The translations under genes and the position numbers were made by a program. The notes beneath the pieces were generated by a model. That model saw nothing but the letters and a program-made list of their open reading frames with translations, did not search any database and was not told where the DNA came from. A DNA stretch of 64,000 bases. It comes from Deferribacterales bacterium. Its GTDB lineage: Bacteria > Chrysiogenota > Deferribacteres > Deferribacterales > Geovibrionaceae. Shown here in pieces: positions 58,817-64,000 of the stretch (its first letter is position 1; every line of letters begins with the position of its first letter). The stretch lies in the NCBI GenBank assembly GCA_050251945.1, contig JBFWLW010000003.1, positions 32,001-96,000 on the forward strand, read 5' to 3'.

Positions 58817-59386
58817 TCAGGAAAGTTCCGTGTATCTGAAACAGTCCTCCAAATGGTCGTTAACAAGACCTGTCGCCTGCATATGCGCATATATTATAGT
58901 GGTTCCGACGAAAGTCATTCCGCGTTTTTTCAGATCTTTTGCAAGGGCGTCGGATTCGGGTGTGGAAGCAGGAATTTCGGAAAGGCTTTTCCATCTGTTC
59001 TGTTTCGGCTTTCCGTCTACAAACCGCCAGACGTAAGCATCAAAACTCCCGAACTCCTCCTGTATCTTAAGGAATGCCAGCGCATTTTTCCTTGCGGCGA
59101 AAACTTTGAGTCTGTTGCGGATAATATCCGGATTCAGCAGAAGCGCCTCAAGTTCATCATCGGTCATGGCGGCAACCGCCTTCGGATCAAAGTTTTTGAA
59201 CGCTTTGCGGTATCCGTCGCGTTTTTTGAGAATGGTCTCCCAGCTAAGCCCCGCCTGTGCGCCTTCCAGTATCAGAAACTCAAAATGCGTCCTGTCGTCG
59301 CGAACAGGTACGCCCCACTCCTCGTCATGATACTTTTCGTAAAAATCCTTTCCTTTGCACCAGCCACAGCGAATCTTGTCAGACAT
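58817..59386 (-). CDS. tag: DNA-3-methyladenine glycosylase I
   Basis: RCGW, YHDEEWG, EGAQAGLSW, IIRNRLK, NDHLEDC. Confidence 0.95.
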   Translation of the reverse strand: MSDKIRCGWCKGKDFYEKYHDEEWGVPVRDDRTHFEFLILEGAQAGLSWETILKKRDGYRKAFKNFDPKAVAAMTDDELEALLLNPDIIRNRLKVFAARKNALAFLKIQEEFGSFDAYVWRFVDGKPKQNRWKSLSEIPASTPESDALAKDLKKRGMTFVGTTIIYAHMQATGLVNDHLEDCFRYTELS

Positions 59387-59399
59387 ACTGTTCTCCTTA

Positions 59400-59798
59400 T
59401 TATTCTGCCCCGGCAGCCGCCGACCGTTCTTCCATCTCCGCCGTCATGGTCTTAAGCGAAACGATATACGCCGTGACGCCTATGCCAACAACAAGCAGCA
59501 TCGCCGCCACATGCACGTTTCGCACAACAAGTGCGGAAAGGGTCAGTGAACCCCAGAGAAAGAGCACGGCACGAATCTTCATATCTTTTCGCACAGCGCG
59601 GTATTTCATATACGAACCGATATAGGCACCGAATATTTTATGATTTATCAGCCAGTTGTTCAATCTTCCGGAGCTTCTGACATAGCAGAACGAAGCGAGA
59701 AGAAGGAAAGGAGTGGTGGGCAGAACAGGTACGAATACCCCGACAAGACCCAAAACCGTGAAAACTGAGCCGAAAAAGACAAGAAAACCTTTTTTCAA
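59400..59798 (-). CDS. ybaN: YbaN/DUF454 inner-membrane protein
   Basis: GVFVPVLPTTPFLLLA..RSS signature. Confidence 0.88.
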   Translation of the reverse strand: MKKGFLVFFGSVFTVLGLVGVFVPVLPTTPFLLLASFCYVRSSGRLNNWLINHKIFGAYIGSYMKYRAVRKDMKIRAVLFLWGSLTLSALVVRNVHVAAMLLVVGIGVTAYIVSLKTMTAEMEERSAAAGAE

Positions 59799-59843
59799 AC
59801 GAAAACTCCCGAAAACAAATAAAAGGGGCGGGCAAACCGCCCC

Positions 59844-59986
59844 TCAGGTTGTTGACAAACTAAATTTGCACAGACTCACATTAGACTGCTTCGGGTTAAA
59901 ACCCTCGCAGAGAAGTTTTTTTGTCTTCGCGAGGAGCGCATGCAACGACGCGATCCCGCATTTTCCTGACTTTGTCATCAGTCTGA
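59844..59986 (+). mobile_element. ~143-bp MITE-like element, copy 3, with duplicated target hairpin
   Basis: Terminal inverted repeats TCAGGTTGTTGACAAA / TTTGTCATCAGTCTGA. GGGCGGGCAAACCGCCCCT occurs at both 59826-59844 and 59988-60006. Confidence 0.85.
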
Positions 59987-60027
59987 AGGGCGGGCAAACC
60001 GCCCCTGAAAATTATATCATAGGAACA

Positions 60028-61491
60028 TCACTTCACTTTATCAAGTGAAATCCCCATTGCTTCTGCAACACCTTTGCCGTATGCAGGGTCGGCCTTGAGA
60101 CAGTTGCCGATATGTCTTATTTTCACCATTTCCGGCGCATCGCCCATGGCGCGCGCGGTGTTCCAGAAAAGCACCTTCTGCTGTGCAGGGGACATCAGAC
60201 GGAAGAGCATACCCGGCTGGGTGTAGTAATCGTCGTCGTCCTCGCGGAAGTCATACTGGAAAGCTGCACCGTCAAGCTCAAGCGGCGGCTCTTTTATCTG
60301 CCACTGATCCTTCCATTCGCCATAGCTGTTTGGTTCGTATGCCAGAGTTGAACCCTGATTTCCGTCAACACGCATCTGCCCGTCCCTGTGGTAGCTGTGG
60401 AAGGGACAGCGCGGCTTATTTACAGGAATCTGATGATGGTTCACGCCAAGTCTGTAGCGCTGTGTATCCCCGTATGAAAACAGCCTTCCCTGAAGCATCC
60501 TGTCAGGTGAAAAGCTTATGCCCGGCACGATATTGGCAGGGTTGAAAGCTGCCTGTTCCACATCCTGAAAGTAGTTCTCAGGATTCTGGTTCAGCTCGAA
60601 ATAACCTACTTCCATAAGCGGAAAATCTTTTTTATACCATACTTTTGTAAGATCGAACGGATTATAGGGCATCTTCTGCGCCTGTTCCTCTGTCATAAGC
60701 TGAACGTACATCTTCCATCTGGGATAGTCACCCTTGTCAATGCTTTCCAGCAGGTCGCGCTGGTTGCTCTCGCGGCATTTGCCTATGACCTTTTCCGCCT
60801 CTTCATCCGTTAGATTTTCAATGCCCTGCTGTGAAACGAAATGAAATTTAACCCACGTACGCACGTTGTCCGCGCTGATAAAGCTGAAAGTGTGGCTTCC
60901 GAAACCGTGCATATGTCTGTATGAGCGCGGTATCCCCCTTTCGCTCATGGTTATAGTAACCTGATGGAGCGCTTCGGGGAGAGATGTCCAAAAGTCCCAG
61001 TTGTTCTTTGCACTGCGAAGGTTTGTTCTCGGGTCACGCTTTACGGCATGATTAAGGTCGGGAAATTTCAACGGATCGCGCAGAAAGAAAACGGGGGTAT
61101 TGTTGCCGACAAGGTCCCAGTTGCCCTCCTCGGTATAAAATTTCATGGCGAAACCGCGTATGTCTCTCTCCGCATCCGCAGCACCCCGCTCGCCTGCTAC
61201 TGTTGAAAAGCGGACGAACATGTCCGTTTTCTTACCTATGTCGGAAAACATCTTCGCCTTTGTATATTTCGTTATGTCGTTTGTGACCGTGAAAGTTCCG
61301 AAGGCGCCGGAACCCTTTGCGTGCATCCTCCTTTCGGGGATGACCTCTCTGTCGAAATGCGCCAGCTTTTCAAGAAACCATATGTCCTGAAGAAGCATGG
61401 GACCTCTTTTTCCTGCCTGCACAACGTTCTGATTATCCGCAACGGGAACACCCGCCGCGGTGGTCAGATGTTTTTCATTCTTCTTATCCAT
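60028..61491 (-). CDS. katA: Monofunctional small-subunit haem catalase
   Basis: [39 protein letters not shown]. Confidence 0.97.
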   Translation of the reverse strand: MDKKNEKHLTTAAGVPVADNQNVVQAGKRGPMLLQDIWFLEKLAHFDREVIPERRMHAKGSGAFGTFTVTNDITKYTKAKMFSDIGKKTDMFVRFSTVAGERGAADAERDIRGFAMKFYTEEGNWDLVGNNTPVFFLRDPLKFPDLNHAVKRDPRTNLRSAKNNWDFWTSLPEALHQVTITMSERGIPRSYRHMHGFGSHTFSFISADNVRTWVKFHFVSQQGIENLTDEEAEKVIGKCRESNQRDLLESIDKGDYPRWKMYVQLMTEEQAQKMPYNPFDLTKVWYKKDFPLMEVGYFELNQNPENYFQDVEQAAFNPANIVPGISFSPDRMLQGRLFSYGDTQRYRLGVNHHQIPVNKPRCPFHSYHRDGQMRVDGNQGSTLAYEPNSYGEWKDQWQIKEPPLELDGAAFQYDFREDDDDYYTQPGMLFRLMSPAQQKVLFWNTARAMGDAPEMVKIRHIGNCLKADPAYGKGVAEAMGISLDKVK

Positions 61492-61552
61492 AGTTTTTGC
61501 CTCCTGCCTGCCGGTTTTCCTGAACGTTCATAAAAAACCTGCATCTCCTATT

Positions 61553-61567
61553 TTATAATAATTATTT
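61553..61567 (-). promoter_or_regulatory. PerR-like box upstream of catalase
   Basis: TTATAATAATTATTT compared with TTATAATnATTATAA, about 60 bp upstream of the katA start. Confidence 0.55.
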
Positions 61568-61771
61568 TCCACTTGCAAATTATAACAACAAACTTCTTGA
61601 GAAAATTTTTATTAAAAAACTCTTTATATTTTTTACAAATATTACATTCAGTTAACGGAAATGGTAAAAAGACCTTTTTTATATGTATTTCCGTGTTAAA
61701 AAGGCTTTATTCAAATGACAGGCGCAACTTTTTTTGATATATTGGAGCATCCTCATTATCGGAGTTCAAAC

Positions 61772-62131
61772 GTGAAAATACTTGTCGTAGACGATTCAGG
61801 CTTTGCCCGCAGAGCGCTCATAAAACTACTCAACGAACAGCTTGAAGGCTGGCAGATAATTGACACCGGCGACGGGAAGCAGGCTGTTCCGCTTTTTAAA
61901 CAGCATAAACCTGATCTTGTATTTCTCGACCTGACAATGCCGGAGGTACGCGGCGAAGAGATACTTGAAGAAATACGCTCATTTGATAAAGAATCAAAAA
62001 TAATAGTGGTTTCCGCCGATATTCAGCTTAAAACCCGTGCAAACGTTATTGCCCTCGGCGCAAACTATATGGTGAACAAACCCATAAACGCCGAAAAGAT
62101 TGCACAGGCATTGACAACCGTCATGTGCTGA
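61772..62131 (+). CDS. Single-domain CheY-like response regulator
   Basis: KILVVDD, FLDLTMP, VSA, NKP. GTG start at 61772. Confidence 0.9.
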   Translation: MKILVVDDSGFARRALIKLLNEQLEGWQIIDTGDGKQAVPLFKQHKPDLVFLDLTMPEVRGEEILEEIRSFDKESKIIVVSADIQLKTRANVIALGANYMVNKPINAEKIAQALTTVMC

Positions 62132-62150
62132 TGCAAACCGAGGTCATAAA

Positions 62151-62774
62151 ATGAACCACCTGACGGAAATTCAAACGGAAGCGATGATAGAGCTTTTCAA
62201 CATAGCGTACGGAATGGCAACATCGCTGATTTCAGACTCCATCGGAATGCATTCGACCATGTACGTTCCTGAAATGGAGATAGTCAGCATTGACGAATTT
62301 ACTAACGTCGCCTATAACTCCATCGACAAGGGAAAAGGCTATTTTATAGTGTCACAGGTGTTTCTGAACTACCTTGAAGGCGAATCCGTAATGCTGATGA
62401 GCACGCGCTCCGCAAAGGCGCTTACCGAGTGCTACGCAAAAATGGACGACAGTCTTAATCCGGAAGACCCTGACGATGTGAAAAGCTGTACCCTTGAAAT
62501 AACCAACATAGTGTCGTCTGCTCTCCTTGGCAGGATAGCCGATCTGACAAACACCGAAATATATTTCCAGCCGCCGGAGATCCGTATTTTCGACCATACG
62601 AAGCTGGCGGAAATGAACCGGAATCAGGAATTCACACAGGTTATCGTTATTAAGATAATCATTGACGTGGATTCCACAGAGATTAAAGGAAACATGTATA
62701 TTCTGCTGAAAGAGGACTCTTTCGGCAAATTTAAACAGGCGCTCGACTACTTTATAGAGAGCTACTCCGGATAA
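62151..62774 (+). CDS. CheC-like phosphatase
   Basis: Two ExxN motifs (ELFNI, EITNI). Confidence 0.82.
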   Translation: MNHLTEIQTEAMIELFNIAYGMATSLISDSIGMHSTMYVPEMEIVSIDEFTNVAYNSIDKGKGYFIVSQVFLNYLEGESVMLMSTRSAKALTECYAKMDDSLNPEDPDDVKSCTLEITNIVSSALLGRIADLTNTEIYFQPPEIRIFDHTKLAEMNRNQEFTQVIVIKIIIDVDSTEIKGNMYILLKEDSFGKFKQALDYFIESYSG

Positions 62775-62780
62775 TTTTTG

Positions 62781-64000
62781 ATGATATCCCTCAACTACCT
62801 CGATCACATCCTGAACGGCGCAATGGTTCTGGATGAAAATTTGATCGTCCACTATTTCAATCATTGGCTCGAAATCCAGACCGGTATAAAAAAAAGCGAA
62901 GTCGAAGGAAAACCCATTACAGATAACTTCCCTGACGTTAACGCAAACATGCTGAAACGAAAAATGCGTCAGGTGTTCACGCTTAACACTCCGGCATTTA
63001 TAAACGCAGAAGCTGAAAAATATATCATAAAGATACCTAACAGAAAACTCACCGGAAGCCTGTTTCCCTATATGTTACAGGATGGCGTTATAACATCCTA
63101 TGACAAGGAGAAAAAACAGGTTCTCTGTATGGTCTACGACCAGACGTCCCTGTTTGAGACCAGAGCAAACCTTGAGATAAGCGCTGCAAAACTGGCAGAA
63201 CAGCACGTTCTGCTGCAGAACACCATGGACTTTCAGACGAATATAATATTCGTTATGAACGAAAAACGGGTAATCAACTGGAACTACAGCTTTCTCGAAC
63301 TTTTCGGCTATGACATTGTGGACAGGATAAATTCAGGTTCAGCAGACCTTATGAGCTTCATAACCCACGACAGCTATCTGACGACTAAGGAAACGAGCTT
63401 CTACAGCTTTATCCGCACAAGTCTCGAATCTGACATAACCAACAGAATAACCGTGTTCGACCGCAGCGGAAAAGAGCGCACGTTTATTTTCAGCGCAAGA
63501 AAAATGCCTGAGCGCGAGAACTATATAATAGTCTCCATGACGGACATCACCCGCATAAAAAACAAGGAAAGGCTGCTTCAGGACATAAACAATGAACTGA
63601 GCCGCAAATATGACGAAAAGAACCTTGAGCTTAAAAAACTGAACTTTGAACTGAGCAGAAGCCGCGACCAGCTACAGCTTGCTCAGGAGGTCGCCAGATC
63701 AGGCAGTTTTGAATATTTCTGCTCAGACGGCAGCATAATAGTCAGTCAAGGCATGAAAACCATACTCGGCGACCCTGACTTTAAACCTGATACGGTTGAC
63801 GATATCCACAGATTCTTCCACGGATCACATGCAGAGGGCATAAAACAGCTCTGCAAAAAAACTATCGACATGGATGCAGGCAACTTCTCCGTCTTTTCAG
63901 AGATTGTGAGCATAAACGGGCGCAAAAAACCCGTAGGGATATATGGCAAGGTATTCGGCAACGACAAGGAGGGCAAGCGCCTTCTGGTCACCATGCAGGA
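62781..64000 (+). CDS. Multi-PAS sensor protein, truncated by the window end (output domain not visible)
   Basis: Not in the ORF track because no stop falls in the window. Manual translation gives MISLNYLDHILNGAMVLDENLIVHYFNHWLE..., a PAS start, following cheY/cheC-like genes. Confidence 0.75.
   Translation, partial: MISLNYLDHILNGAMVLDENLIVHYFNHWLEIQTGIKKSEVEGKPITDNFPDVNANMLKRKMRQVFTLNTPAFINAEAEKYIIKIPNRKLTGSLFPYMLQDGVITSYDKEKKQVLCMVYDQTSLFETRANLEISAAKLAEQHVLLQNTMDFQTNIIFVMNEKRVINWNYSFLELFGYDIVDRINSGSADLMSFITHDSYLTTKETSFYSFIRTSLESDITNRITVFDRSGKERTFIFSARKMPERENYIIVSMTDITRIKNKERLLQDINNELSRKYDEKNLELKKLNFELSRSRDQLQLAQEVARSGSFEYFCSDGSIIVSQGMKTILGDPDFKPDTVDDIHRFFHGSHAEGIKQLCKKTIDMDAGNFSVFSEIVSINGRKKPVGIYGKVFGNDKEGKRLLVTMQ

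Noticed and set aside
59386..59845. Cada2-type box upstream of tag/ybaN
   Set aside because: I could not find GCAA-N4-CGG in the appropriate orientation, so tag is not claimed for the regulon.
17723..59986. Dispersed repeats as a CRISPR array
   Set aside because: Copies are kilobases apart, with no spacer periodicity and no cas genes.
360..63994. Many short antisense or overlapping ORFs in the six-frame track (e.g. 26854-27564, 53504-54358, 57882-58688, 63746-63994)
   Set aside because: They overlap well-supported genes on the other strand or frame and lack motifs or an RBS.

Overview
This is 64 kb of ordinary bacterial chromosome with no rRNA, tRNA, CRISPR or prophage. Gene content suggests an anaerobic or microaerophilic respirer, possibly Deferribacterota (inference only). 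From left to right it holds: the 3' 8.4 kb of a giant repetitive T1SS adhesin and its TolC/ABC/MFP secretion genes; cydAB; an MCP; a split-Soret-type cytochrome c plus cytochrome b pair opposite a LysR; a CitA/CitB-type two-component system before a split flavocytochrome c; a Cada2-like methylation-response regulator; a TetR / PEP-utilising phosphotransferase / nitrilase operon; an 8-gene ferrosome-like (fez) cluster with two P1B-ATPases, bracketed by Fur-like boxes; an HD-GYP gene; a citrate lyase operon; a family 1 encapsulin with ferritin-like cargo; tag, ybaN and catalase; and a CheY-CheC-PAS operon that runs off the end. The most interesting signals are: (1) the ferrosome-like cluster with P/Y/Q-rich low-complexity members, about 11 kb from an encapsulin; (2) an 18/19 Fur box before a short hairpin-terminated segment, a candidate iron-sparing sRNA; (3) an exact 19-bp box at identical spacing from a -10 element upstream of both the Cada2-like gene and an uncharacterised Cys-rich Fe-S protein; (4) a ~143-bp MITE (3 full copies, 2 core-only) that sits at the foot of terminator hairpins; (5) a three-hairpin candidate RNA upstream of the HD-GYP gene. 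All calls come from reading motifs by eye; no searches were run.
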